In this document: in pieces, positions 35,505 to 48,460 of the stretch
How the letters are laid out: the number at the start of each line of letters is the position of its first letter
How positions within the stretch are numbered: position 1 is the stretch's first letter
Source: Hypanus sabinus
Taxonomy: Eukaryota
Assembly (NCBI RefSeq): GCF_030144855.1
Contig: NC_082715.1
Span: 146,692,001-146,756,000 of the forward strand
Direction: 5' to 3'
DNA: 64,000 nucleotides
Made by a program: the position numbers and the translations under genes
Notes under the pieces: generated by a model
What the model saw: only the letters and a program-made list of their open reading frames with translations
Told to the model about the DNA's origin: nothing
The model's database searches: none

Positions 35505-36355
35505 TTACTGGCACTCGTCCCCCACCCCCCCCCCCCCCGCCAATCCCTTCCCACCGATCTCCCTCCTGGCACTTATCCTTGTAAACGGAACAAGTGCTAC
35601 ACCTGCCCTTACACTTCCTCCCTCACCGCCATTCAGGGCCCCAGACAGTCCTTCCAGGTGAGGCGACACTTCACCTGTGAGTCGGCTGGTGGTATACTGC
35701 GTCCGGTGCTCCCGGTGTGGCCTTTTATATATTGGCGAGACCCGATGCAGACTGGGAGACCGTTTCGTGGAACACCGACGCTCGGTCCGCCAGAAAAAGC
35801 AGGATCTCCCAGTGGCCATACATTTTAATTCCACGTCCCATTCCCATTCTGATATGTCTATCCATGGCCTCTTCTATTGTCAAAATGAATCCAAACTCAG
35901 GTTGAAGGAACAACACCTTATATACCGGCTGGGTAGCCTCCAACCTGATGGCATGAACATTGACTTCTCTAATTTCCGTTAATGCCCCTCCTCCCCTTCT
36001 TACCCCATCCCTGACATATTTAGTTGCTTGCCTGTTCTCCATCTCCCTCTGGTGCTCCCCCCCCTTTCTTTCTCCTGAGGCCTCTCATCCCATGTTCCTT
36101 TCCCTTCTCCAGCTCTGTATCACTTTCGCCAATCACCTTTCCAGTTCTTAGCTTCATCCCACCCCCTCAGGTCTTCTCCTATCATTTCGCATTTCCCCCT
36201 CCCCCCTCTACTTTCAAATCTCTTACTATCTTTCCTTTCAGTTAGTCCTGACAAAGGGTCTCGGCCCGAAACGTCAACCTGGCTTCTCCCTATAGATGCT
36301 ACCTGGCCTGTTGTGTTCTACAAGCACTTTGTGTGTGTTGTTGTTTGAATTTCCT
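35505..36355 (+). mobile_element. Penelope-like element 3' part with a nearly intact GIY-YIG domain and tail
   Basis: VVYCVRCSRCGLLYIGETRCRLGDRFVEHRRSV...HFNSTSHSHSDMSIHGL...EQHLIYRLGSLQPDGMNIDFSNF, then the pLTR tail. Confidence 0.9.
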
Positions 36356-36879
36356 TTTTTCTTGCCTTTCTCCTTCTTGAAGACAGGATTGACATTTGTT
36401 ATTTTCCAGTCTTCCGGATCCATTCCAGGTTGCTATAAAGATATTTGTTTTTTAAACTGACTCTTGGTGAGACGTGCTGTAGCCATAAGCGAGTAGTCAT
36501 TAGTCATAATGGTCATTAGTGAATTATTTTATGCTTTGGGAAATTTCTGCTTTAAACCAAACCACCGAACACAAATTGCCTAGTTGTTAACCTTGCGTAT
36601 GTAAAAGTTACGTTCTTCTGCTTAGAAGAAACCCCTCTGGGATCCTATAGACATTAACCCACCTTATAAAGAGATGTACTCAAAACATATTCCAAAACAG
36701 TCAGGGAAAATATAGTCTAGAACCCAGAAAATGTTCCCAGGAATCTGATGCCAGCAGAATCTGAAGCCCAAAGAGGACATGCGCATCAAGCGCCAGTTAA
36801 CATTCACATCCTGCTATAGTTTGGAAATGGATCGTTATTTCTTCATTACCGTTGGAGTTAACTTATGGAATTCCAGCAC

Positions 36880-38645
36880 TGACAATAGACTTGGGAAAAT
36901 AATTCGTAAGTGTGACAGTGGAAAAGTGTGTGTGGAACTGGAGGAGATAGCAGAGGTACTTAATGAGTACTTTGCTTCAGTATTTACCGCGGAAAAGGAT
37001 CTTGGCGATTGTAGGGATGACTTGCGGTGGACTGAACAGCTTGAGCACGTAGATATTAAGAAAGAGGATGTGCTGGAGCTTTTGGAAAGCATCAAGTTGG
37101 ATAAGTCACCGGGGCCGGAAGGGATGTTGTGGATGTCCCACAGGGCTATTGTGGGAGGCGAGGGAGGAGATTGCTGAGCCTCGGGCGGTTATCTTTACAT
37201 CAACAATGGGGACAGGAGAGGTACCGGAGGATTGGAGGGTTGCTGGTGTTGTTCCATTATTCAAGAAAGGGAGTAGAGCTATCCCAGGAAATTATAGACC
37301 AGTAACTCTTAATTCAATGATTGGTAAATTGATGGAGAAAATCCTGAGAGTCAGGAATTATGAAAATTTGGAGAGGTGTAATATGATTAGGGATAGTCAG
37401 CAAGGCTTTGTGAAAGGGAGGCCGTGATTAAATTTTTGAGGATGTGACCAAACACATTGATGAAGTTAAAGCAATAGTTGTAGTGTGTGTGTGTATATAT
37501 ATATATATAGATAAATGCAAGACATTTGACAAGCTACCCCATGCAAGACTTATTGAGAAAGTAAGAAGGCATGGGATCCAAGGGGACATTGCTTTGTGGA
37601 TCCAGAACTGGCTTGTCTACAGAAGACAAAGAGTGGTTGTAGAGGGGTCATATTCTGCATGGAGGTCAGTCACCAGTGGAGTGCCTCAGGGATCTGTTCT
37701 GGGACCCTCTACTCTTCGACATTTTTATAAATGACCTGGATGAGGAAGTGGAGAGATGGGTTAGTAAGTTTTCTGATAACACAAAGGTTGGAGGTGTTGT
37801 GGATAGTGTGGAGGATTGTCAGAGGTTACAGCAGGAGATTGTTAGGATGCAAAACTGGGCTGAGAGATGGCAGATGGAGTGAGGTGGTTCATTTTGGAAG
37901 ATCAAATATGATGACAGAATATAGTATTAATGGTAAGACTCTTGGCAGCGTGGAGGATCAGAGGAAGTTTGGGGTCCGAGTCCATAAGACACTCAAAGCT
38001 GCTGCGCAGGTTGACTCTGTGGTTAAGAAACCATACGGTGCCCTGGCCTTCATCAATCATGGGATTGCGTTTAGGAGCCAAGAGGTAATGTTGCAGCTAT
38101 ATCACACCCTGGTCAGACCCCACTTGGAGTACTGTGCGCAGTTCTGGTCACCTCACTATAGGAAGGATGTGGAAACCATAGAAAAGGGTGCAGAGGAGAT
38201 TTACAAGGATGTTGCCTGGATTGGGGAGCATGCCTAATGAGAATAGGTGGAATGAACTCGGCCTTTTCTTCTTGGAGCGAAGGTGACCTGATAGAGGTGT
38301 ACAAGATAATGAGAGGCATTGATCGTGTGGATAGTCAGGGGCTTTTTCCCGGGGCTGAAATAGTTGCCACGAGAAGACACCGGTTTACGGTGCTGGGGAG
38401 TAGGTACAAATGAGATGTCAGGGGTATTTTTTTATACAGAGAGTAGTTAGTGCGTGGACTGAGCTGCCGATGACAGTGGTAGAGGCAGATACAATAGGGT
38501 CTTTTAAGAGACTCCTAGACAGTTACATAGAGCCCAGAAAAATGGAGGGCTATAGGTAACCCTATATAATTTCTAAGGGAAGGACATGTTCGGCACAGCT
38601 TTGTGGGCCGAAGGGCCTGTATTATGCTGTAGGTTTTCTATGTTT
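36880..38645 (+). mobile_element. CR1 RT and 3' end
   Basis: LDKSPGP; PGNYRPV; [10 protein letters not shown]; FSDNTK; HTLVRPHLEYCAQFWSPH; ttctatgtttcta tail. Confidence 0.9.
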
Positions 38646-39429
38646 CTAATAATAAATGGTGAGGCATTTCGCAGCGCGTGTCTTTTTTATTGCAGCAAAA
38701 ATAAACAATCAGCAGGCGGAAATTTGCGCACGATGACAAAATGATCTTGTACGACTGGGATTCGATCATGGGTGTGATATGTAGGTAGAATGGCTCCTAA
38801 ATCTGCCCTGGTTATGAACTTTCGCTGTTAAAAGAACGAATAAAAATAATGTAACGCAAAATTCTATCACGTAAGCCGATTCCACGGCATTGCTTGTTTT
38901 TCTTTGCCATTGCAGTCTTCCAATATTTCTCAAAATAAACGCTGTCGTGACTTCATTGTCATTGTTAATGAAAAATGAAAATGAAATTCTACCTGAAACT
39001 CTTGACAGTATAACCACTTCTGGGGTATAGCTTCGTGTGGTCAGAAGAATTATGCACAGCAGATGTCAAATGAAAGCACGAAACCTTTCGCTACAAATCT
39101 CTTCCAACGCAGGACATGCCAGATTCTGAGAGACTGCACCAAGAAAATGTGACACAAGCGTTGTCCATATATCGTTGTCAGGGCACGAACTGGGAATGGT
39201 CGCATTAATTCTAAAGTTGCATTTGATATCATAGAAACCATAGTCCGGAACCTGTACTGTGCGTTTAAAGCTTTTCTCCAATGTCAAAGTTGCATTCAGC
39301 GTATCGAGATCAAATTTTGTAAATGAAACTTAAACAACACTACCGGCGGATTGGAGGAGATTTTAAGCAAAAGGCATGATTTCTTAGCAATAAATAGTAT
39401 GGAATTGCAGTACACTTGAAACATCTTGA

Positions 39430-39900
39430 CTCTTCCGGTCAAGATGGCGCCAGCGAACGAAGATTCCTCGGGCAACATTCTTCTGACAGCCAATGACTTC
39501 AATTATTTCATGTCCTCGACGTCTTCTGCTTGCTCATCTTGTCTTGATTGTGTTACGGAAACTGTTGAAGTCCGTGACACGCAGATTGCGGTTTGATCGA
39601 ATGATCTTACGCTCTGCTGAGTCCGGAGAGCTGCCTGGTGAACAAGACCAGAAACAGAGACGCGCAAAGGACCGAGAACGCGAGCTGACGTGTGGAAAAG
39701 GCCAGAGGTGAGGCGCAGGGTCATGATCGATTCCATTTTGAAGCGTCGAGGAAGATTGAAGCATCGAGGCGAAAGCGAAGGGCGTCAGCTATCCCTCTCA
39801 ACTGAGACCACAGGCGTGTCGACGGTCGGTTGCTCTCCCCAGCTGCAGTTGCAGCAACCTTTCATGCCATTGTAATCAGAAAACTTGGCTATTTCAGTGC
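39430..39900 (+). other. CpG-rich segment starting with ETS (cttccgg) + YY1 (CAAGATGGCG) motifs; possible LINE 5' UTR remnant
   Basis: tcttccggtcaagatggcg at 39431-39449; no recognisable ORF follows. Confidence 0.35.
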
Positions 39901-42900
39901 TCTTTTTTACAGCTTTATGTCCTGCAAAAACAGAATACCCGAGTGACCATTGTATCTGGTCATCGAATGCCGCAGTTAAAATCCTTATCTGTCTGTTTCC
40001 TTTCATTAGCGGTTTTACAGCACTATCTGTATAATCCCAATAATTACTCCAAGAAAGCTGCAAAATTCCACCCAGAACTCTTGCACATTCCAATCACTTG
40101 TTACTTTTCGGTCCTTGAACTGCCATTCGTCAAAGTGAAAGTAAATATATTATCCCAGTATCTATAGGTTACCATATACTACCTTGAGAGTAATTTTCTC
40201 GCAGGCATTTGCAGAAAAATAAAGAAAGGCTATGGAAAAACTGCACTTAAACAAAGACTGAGAAACAACCAATGTTCAAAAGAAGACAAATGATGTCAAT
40301 AACTAATACTGAGAGCATGAGCTGGAGAGCCCTTGAAAGTGAGTCTGTAGATTGTAGAGTCAGTGAGGTTATCCACGCTGGTTCGGGAGTCTGATGGTTG
40401 TCGGGTAATAACTGTTCCTCAACTTAGTGGTGTGGGATCTGAGGCTCCTGTATCCTCTTCCCGATGGTAGTAACGAGAAGAGAGCATGGCCTGGATGGTG
40501 ACAGTCCTTGATGAGAGATGCTGATGGACAGCAGCTAGCACACACCTTGCTAATAACTAAGTGCTGATGCTGTATACGAAGAAAGTACAGCAGTAGAAAG
40601 CAACACCGGACAGTTATATAGCTCCTTTAAAACAGCAGAACCATTCTAAGACGCTCGTGTGGTGCATTATGAAACAAAATTATTCACCGACTCGCATGGA
40701 AATCGGAAAAAAAACCAAAGGGAGACGCATAATATGCGTCTAGAAACCTGAAAGCAAAATTAAAAACAGAAAGGCTGCAAATGCTTACTTAGTCTTTAGA
40801 CGCGGCTGAAGAGATATTTAAAAAGAAAATAACATTTCGTGGGTCTGACCTTTCATTACATTTTAGGGTTTGGTTAAAGCTTCGGATTTCAGAAAACGTC
40901 CTAAAAAAGAAGTGATGAGATTGAGCGATGAGATTCCAGGCGCTAGGCTCTATGTGGCTGAGAGATATGAAGCAAATATACTTCAATGTGTGTAAGATGC
41001 CAGAATAATAGAAGCAGAGAAGTAGCTGTTGTTCTATGGCTGTACGAAAATAGAGAACGGGGGGTGGGGGCGATGGAGAGATGGGCGATGGTTCCCGTTA
41101 CGATAATCCTTCAGAAGGCACCTCGATGTTGCTATTTGGAGGATCAGGAAATACCATATTGAGGATAGGATTCACAGTTTTAGTGCACCAAAACGCAAAA
41201 TCTATCTCAATATTAATTACCGCAAGGGATTCAGCAGAAGGGGCAAATCCTGAATGGCCTCGCTGGGAAACGTCGACAGTTTATTCCCCTCTATAGGTGC
41301 TGCATGACCTGCTGAGCTTTGTGTGTGTTGCTCAATATTTCAACCCTCAGTCTTCTGTTTCCTTACAGGTCAATACTTTACAGGGTTGGCTTTTAATTAG
41401 CAAGTAGGATTTTATCAGATGCATTCAAGACATCTTTATAAATAATATTCTGCTGATCGATGCGTTAGGATTACTCAAGAAATTCAATTGTATCACCAGT
41501 CATATATAGACCTTAAAAGTCCATAATGAAAATGTTCAATATGTTAAATTGTCCTGCCCTTGTTTACAAACTCTGAGCTCTCCATGAACAGTTTTGTAGC
41601 TGAGACATTTCCGAGGATGCGCTGGGACACGTCATCAGAGTTGTGAACATCAGACACTCTCGCCCAAGCGACCCACCCAAGATGATCAGGCCCCGGCGTG
41701 TGTTCCAGCAGCATTGGTCCACGCCTCTTGATCCATAGCTATCTGGAGACTAGCTCAGCAGCCACCGGGACGATCCTGATGGCTCTTTTCTTTGTAGCCC
41801 CCGTAATGCCAAGGAGTGATTACGCTCTGCAGAGTGAGCAGCCAACAAAACTACTGCACCCCTCCTGTACAGACTTGCAATGACTTGTCAAAACAAACAC
41901 TACTATCCCACATTTATCTGTTTTTATTACGGTTAAGAACATAAGAACTAGGAGCAGGAGTAGGCCATCATGGCTAATCTGTCCGTAAACTCAGGTCCAT
42001 CTACCTGTCTTTTCCCCATAGTCCTTAATTCCCTTACTATGTAAAAACCTATCTAACTGTTTCTTAAATATATTTAGTGAAGAAGCCTCAACTGCTTCCC
42101 TGGGTAGAGAATTCCACAGATTGACCACTCTCTGGGAAAAACAGTTTCTCCTCATCTCCATCCTAAATCTACTCCCCTGAATCTTGAGGCAACGTTCTAG
42201 TCTCACCTACCAATGAAAACATCTTTCCTACTTCTATCTTATCTATCCCTTTCAAATTTTTGTGTGTTTCTATAAGATCCCCTCTCATTCTTCTGAACTC
42301 CAGAGAGTATAGTCCCAGGTGACTCAATCTCTCCTCATAGGTTAACCCCTTCATCCCTGGAATCAAACAGGTGAACCTCCTCTGCACTGCCTCCAAAGCC
42401 AGTATATCCTTCCTCAAGTATGAAGACCAGAACTGCACGCAGTACTCCAGGTGCGGCCTCACCAGTACCCTGTATAGTTGCAGTTTGACCTCGCTGCTCT
42501 TGAATTCAATCCCTCTAGCAATGAAGGCCAACATTCTGTTTGCCTTCTTAATAACCTGTTGTACCTGCAAGCCAACTTTTGGCGATTCATGAACAAGCAC
42601 TTCCAAGTCCCTCTGCACAAAAGCATCCTGCAATCGTTCACCATTTAAATAATAATCTGCTCTTCTATTATTCCTTCCAAAGTAGATGATCTCGCATTTA
42701 CCAACTTTGCATTCCATCTGCCAGACCTTGGCCCACTCACTTAACCTATCTATATCCCTCTGCAGACTCTCCATATCCTCGGTACAGTTTGCTTTTCCAC
42801 TAAGTTTAACGTCATCAGCAAATTTTGCTACGCTGCACTCAGTCCCTCTTCCAAATCATAACTGTAAATGCCCAGCACTGACCCCTGTGGCACCCCACTC

Positions 42901-44739
42901 ACCACTCACTGCCAACCGGAAAAAACAGCCATTTATACCAACTCTCTGCCTTCTATTGGTTAACCAATCCACTATCCATACCAATGCACTTGCTCTGACT
43001 CCATGCATCCGTATCTTATTTATAAGTCTCTTGTGTGGCACCTTGTTGAACGCCTTCTGGAAATCCAAGTATATGACATCCACCTGTTCCCCTCTATCCA
43101 CTGCACTCATCCTGTCCTCAAAGAACTCCAGAGAGTTTGTCAAACAGGACCTGCATTTTCTGAATCCATGCGTCTGTCTAATGGAACCACTCCTTTCTAA
43201 ATGTTTCGCTATTTCTTCCTCAGTGGCAGCTTCAAGCATTTTTCCGACTACAGACCTGGAGCTAACTGGCCTATACTTGCCCGTCTTTTGCCTACATCCT
43301 TTTTTAAAAAGTAGCGTAACATTTGATGTCTTCCAATCCGCCGGGACCTGCCCAGAGTCTAGAGAATTTTGATAAATGATTACCAACGCGTCTACTATAA
43401 CCTCCGCCAATTTCGTCAGCACCCTGGGATGCATCCCATCAGGACCAGGGGACCTATCTACCTTCAGGCTCTCTAGTTTGCTCATTACTATCTCTTTAGT
43501 GACAGTGATTTCATCGAGGTTCTCGCCTCCGATTTCGTGCATAACATCCTTCTTTAGCATATTAAACGTGTCCTCCACCGTGAGGACCGACACAAAATAG
43601 TCATTCAATGCCTCCGCTATTTCCTTATCACCCAATATCAATTTCCCCTTCTCGTCTTCCAAGGGACCTATATTGACTTTAGCCACCCTCTTCCGTTTTA
43701 TATATTTATAAAAACTTTTGCTATCTGTTTTTATATTTTGTGCTAATTTACTTTCATACTGTATCTTCCTTTTCTTTATTTCTTGTTTAGTTGCTCTCTG
43801 TTGCTTTTTAAAACTTTTCCCAATTTTCCAGTCTCCCAATACTCTTTGCGATTTTGTACACATGCGCTTTTAAATCATATGCCTTGGTACTGATCTGTGC
43901 CACAAGTTCACGAACCTTGTTTCTAACACAAAGGGCATTTAGATAAAATACCTTTATACTCATTATCCTTTTAGAATCTAGTGAACTGCGCGATTTTTGC
44001 TTTTTACTTTCATGCGCTCTACTCTTACTTTTTTCTTCACCAACTCTAGCTTTGGTCTCTGCATCACTTCCCTCTTCTTTTCTGTGTGGATTCCCACCCC
44101 CCCCCCCCTGCCATATTAGTTTAAAGTCTCCCCAACAGCACTGGCAAACAATCTCCCTAGGACATTGATCCCGGCCCTGCCCAGATGGAGACCATCCGGA
44201 CGGTACCGGCTCCACCTCCCCCAGAAGCGGTTCCAATGCCCCAAGAATCTGAAACCCTCCCTCCTGCACCACCGCTCAAGCCACATATTCATTCTAGCTA
44301 TCCTGCTATTCCAACTCTGGCTAGCACATGGCACTGGTAATAATCCTGAGATGATTACCTTTGAGGTCCTACTCTTTAATTTATCTCCTAGCTCCCTACA
44401 TTCAGCCTGTAGGACCTCATCCCGCTTTCTTCCTATATCGTTAGTACCTACATGCACCACGACAGCTGGCTGCTCACCCTCCCCTTTCAGAATGCCCTGC
44501 AGCTTCTCCGAGACATCTCGGACCCTTGCACCCGGGAGGCAACACACCATATGAGAGTCCTGTTTGCAGCCACAGAAGCTTCTCTCTATTCCCCTTACCA
44601 TGGAAACCCCTACCACAACAGCTCCGCCACTCATTTACTTGCCCTCATACACAGCAGAGCCACCTACGCTGCCATGATCCTGGCTACTGCTGCCTTCACC
44701 TGATGAGCCATCTCCCCCAACAGACTCCAAAGCGATATA

Positions 44740-45708
44740 AAAACAAAAAATGCTGGCAGAACTCAGCAGGCCAGGCAGCATCTATGGGAGGAGGTAGTGA
44801 CGACGTTTCGGGCCAAAACTCTTCATCAGGAGTGAAGTAACATGGGATGGTGGAGAGGGGATAAGAAGTGGGGGCTGGGAAGTGATAGGCTGGAGCGAAA
44901 TGGGCTAGGGGGAAGGTGGAGAATTATGGGAAATAAAAGAGAAAGACAGGTAGGGCTGGGGGAAGATTATAGTGAGGGGGGAAAAAAAGAGAGAGAAAGA
45001 GAACCAGACTAAAATAATAGATAGGGATGGGGGTAAGGGGGGCAGGGGTATCAACGGAAGTCTGTGAGTCCGGCAGGCAAGAGGCTACCTAGGCGGGAGA
45101 TAAGGTATTGCTCCATCGACCTGCGCACGGCCTCATCTTGACGGTAGAGGAGGCCATGGACAGACATATCGGAGTGGGAGTGGTCTGTGGAATTGAAGTG
45201 TGTGGCCACAGGGAGATCCCGCCACTGCTGGAGGACTGAGCGCCGGTGTTCGGCGAAACGGTCTCGCAGTCTGCGGCGGGTCTCCCCAATGTGTAAATGG
45301 CCACATCGGGAGCACCGGATACAGTACATCACCCCAGTTGACTCGCAGGTGAAGTGGTGCCTCACCTGAAAGGACTGTCTGGGGCCTGGGATGGTGGTGA
45401 GGGAAGAAGTGTGGGGGCAGGTGTAGCACTTCTTCCGTTTGCAGGGATGAGTGCCCAGAGGGAGGTCGGTGGGGAGGGATGGGGGGGGGGGGGAATGAAT
45501 GGATAAGGGAGTTGCCCAGCTCTCTACTTCATCCCTCCCCCCACCTCTTATCCCCTTTCCACCATCCCATGTTACTTCGCTCCTGATGAAGGGTTTCGGC
45601 CCGAAACGTCGTCACTACCTCCTCCCATAGATGCTGTCTGGCTTGCTGAGTTCTGCCAGCATTTTTTGTTTTTATTTATGTCCAGCATCTGCAGATTCAC
45701 TCGTGTAC
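44740..45708 (-). mobile_element. 5'-truncated Penelope-like insertion with an inverted terminal segment and 15-bp TSD
   Basis: GIY-YIG ORF 45051-45365. 44740-44875 is the reverse complement of about 45538-45672. ctccaaagcgatata occurs at 44725-44739 and 45709-45723. Confidence 0.9.
45583..45610 (+). ncRNA. Minimal type I hammerhead ribozyme-like core in the Penelope tail
   Basis: CTGATGA-A-GGGT(TTCG)GCCC-GAAA-CG-TC: intact core, stem II hairpin and palindromic ACGT stem III. Stem I pairing is poor in this copy. Confidence 0.6.
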
Positions 45709-46394
45709 CTCCAAAGCGATATATCTGTTTTGGAGGGAGATGACCGCAGGAGACTCCTGTACTAACTTCCTGCTACTACTCTTCCTGTTGGTCACCCATT
45801 CCCTATCTTTCCTTAGATCCTTAAACTGCGGTGTGACCAACTCACTAAATGTGCTGTCCACGATATTTTCAGCATCTCGGCATCTCGATAGTTATAGTTA
45901 GGATCTCACCAAAGTTCTCCATTTAAAATTCCCTGAAATTTGGTCATAGAGGATTATCTCTCTTTAGAATTAAGAATGGCTTAATGAAGGTCTGCTTTGT
46001 TCACGTTATGTGAAACGAGTTATGTGGAATGCATTCCATCTTGAACGTCGCCAGTGGAGCACATGTTGCACACACAAAGTTTCTATAAGTTTTCTGCCTT
46101 CAGAAATAAAAATCGATATGGGTATTCATTAAAGGATTTCTACTTTATTCCTGAGAAACAACTTAGAGAGCTCTGATCGAAAGTTACTGAGCTGAACCGC
46201 TACTGCTCTCTCCGTCTACTGTGGTGGCTTTCCAGCATTGCCTGCATTATTTCGGTGTTACAGTATTGGGAACATTGTCTTGATCACAGGAAACACTTGC
46301 TACTCGAATTGTACATCCGCTAGAACTTCCTGTGCTATTCAGACGGTATTTCTACTGAATTTGATTTTGCTTCTTTCGCAGTTAGACGGTGTAG

Positions 46395-46410
46395 CAGCGC
46401 CATCTGCCGG
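46395..46410 (-). promoter_or_regulatory. Candidate CTCF site CCGGCAGATGGCGCTG
   Basis: Full match to the CTCF core consensus CC(A/G)(C/G)(C/T)AG(A/G)(G/T)GGC(A/G)(C/G)(C/T), in non-repeat DNA. Confidence 0.55.
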
Positions 46411-47204
46411 CGTAGTTGTGAAACTACAGTCCATTTCTTGGAGCAGCAGAAAAACACGTCGTTTCCAAATATTGCCTTTGCCTTTGTTTGCTTTTTCTTT
46501 GCTAGTATCAGAATGAAAGACAATGAAAGTTCTCAATTGTCCTGAAATCATTGTGGGGTTTTCAGTGCAGTTAAAGAAGGAAATACGTCGTTTTGCACAA
46601 ATAGGACTATGAATCTTGGCCCATAACAACAAAGTGAATTTTTTTTGCCATGAAAGTAGACAACCAACATCAAGACAAAGGGAGCCGTACTATAAAGCCT
46701 GAGCGTGTTTTTGGCACCAGAATTAATTGAATTTGTGTGAATTAAATTCCAGTTTAAGAATACTGCCTAGAATGGGAAGTGAACCAATGAGCAATTTTGA
46801 AAAGCAAAATTCATACTTTGGGTCTTTTTTCCAATGGCAGTTGAGTCTATTCACAAGACAGAAGTTTAGCTGCTGTAGTAAACTTTAAACAGCTATGAAT
46901 ATAAGGGGGCTTGTAATGCGATGCCGGCTGTGAACCACCGCGGAGACCTGTTGTGGAACTCAGGCATTCTTCTGTTAGTGCTCCAAAGGATCATTGTTAA
47001 TATTCCAACCTAATTACAACTGAACAAGAAATTGCTTGAAGAAATGCAGGTATATGACCCAGAAATTCCATTACACGTTTTTGAATCGTCATTGCTCTAC
47101 CCTTGCAGCCTGAAATTACAGTAACTCCTATTATTAATTGGATAGTGCAGAGCGGTTATAAATCCGCATAGCAGAAACAAAAACACATGTTCCACCAGAT
47201 TGTT

Positions 47205-48460
47205 TTGAAACATAGAAACATAGAAAACTTACAGCACAATATAGGAACTTAGGCCCACAAAGCTGTGCCGAACATGCCCTTACCATAGCCCTCTAACTTT
47301 CTAAGCCCCATGTACCTACCCAGAAGTCTCTTAAAAGACCCTGTCATTTCCGCCTCCATCATTGTCACCAGCAGCCCATTCCATGCTCTCACCAACCTCT
47401 GTGTAAAAAGCTTACCCCAACATCTCCTCTGTTCCTAATTCCAAGCACCTTAAAACTGTGCCCTCTCATGCTAGCTATTTCAGCCTTGGGAAAAAGCCTC
47501 TGACTATCCACACAATCAACGCCTCTCAGCATCTTGTACACCTCTATCAGGTCACCTCTCATCCTCCATCGCTCCAAGGAGAAAAGGCCGAGTTCACTCC
47601 ACTATTCTCATAAAGCATGCTCCCCAATCCAGGCAACATCCTTGTAAATCTTCTCTGCACCCTTTCTATGGTTTCCACATCCTTCCTGTAGTGAGGTGAT
47701 CAGAACTGCACACAGTACTCCAAGTGGGGTCTGACCAGGGTCTGATACAGCTGCAACATTACCTCTCGGCTCCTAAGTTCAATCCCACGATTGATGAAGG
47801 CCAATGCACCATATGCATTCTTAACCACAGAGTCAACCTGCACAGCAGCTTTGAGTATCTTATGGACTTGGACCCCAAGATCTCTCTGATCTTCCACACT
47901 GCCATCATATTTGACCTACCAAAATGAATCACCTCACACTTATCTGGGTTGAACTCCATCTGCCACTTTTCAGTCCAGTTTTGCATCCTATCAATGTCCT
48001 GTTGTAACCTCTGACAGCCCTCCACGCTATCCGCAACACCCCCAACCTTTGTGTTATCAGCAAATTTGCTAACCAATCCCTCCACTTCCTTATCCAGGTC
48101 ATTTATAAAAATCACAAAGAGTAAGGGTCCCAGAACAAATCCCTGAGGCCCACCACTGGTCACTGACCTCCATGCAAAATATAACGCAACTACAACCACT
48201 CTTTGCCTTCTGTGGGCGTCAGTTCTGGATCCACAAATCAATATCTCCATGGATCCCATGCCCCCTTATTTTCTCAACTGCTCTACCTTCATCAATGTGT
48301 TTAGTCACATCCTCAAAAAATTCAATCAGGCTTGTAAGGCAAGACCGGCTTTTGACAAAGCCATGCTAACTTTTCCGAATCATATTATGCTTCTCCAAAT
48401 GTTCATAAATCTTGCCTCTCAGGATCTTCTCCATCAACTTACCAACCACTGAAGTAAGAT
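47205..48460 (-). mobile_element. CR1 RT/3' fragment
   Basis: SGGPQGFVLGPLLFVIFINDLD...FADNTK...MEFNPDKCEVIHFG; tail near 47210. Confidence 0.9.

Larger units (their letters stand above)
41935..45900 (-). mobile_element. CR1 LINE with ORF1 esterase and RT but a deleted EN domain, interrupted by Penelope at 44740-45708
   Basis: ORF1 VVVGVSMVRG...VVVHVGTNDIG...DGLHL. ORF2 start FYLNALCVRNKVRELVAQISTKAYDL is fused directly to the pre-RT linker at about 43870. RT motifs SPGPDGMHPRVL, YLDFQKAFNKVPH. Confidence 0.9.
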
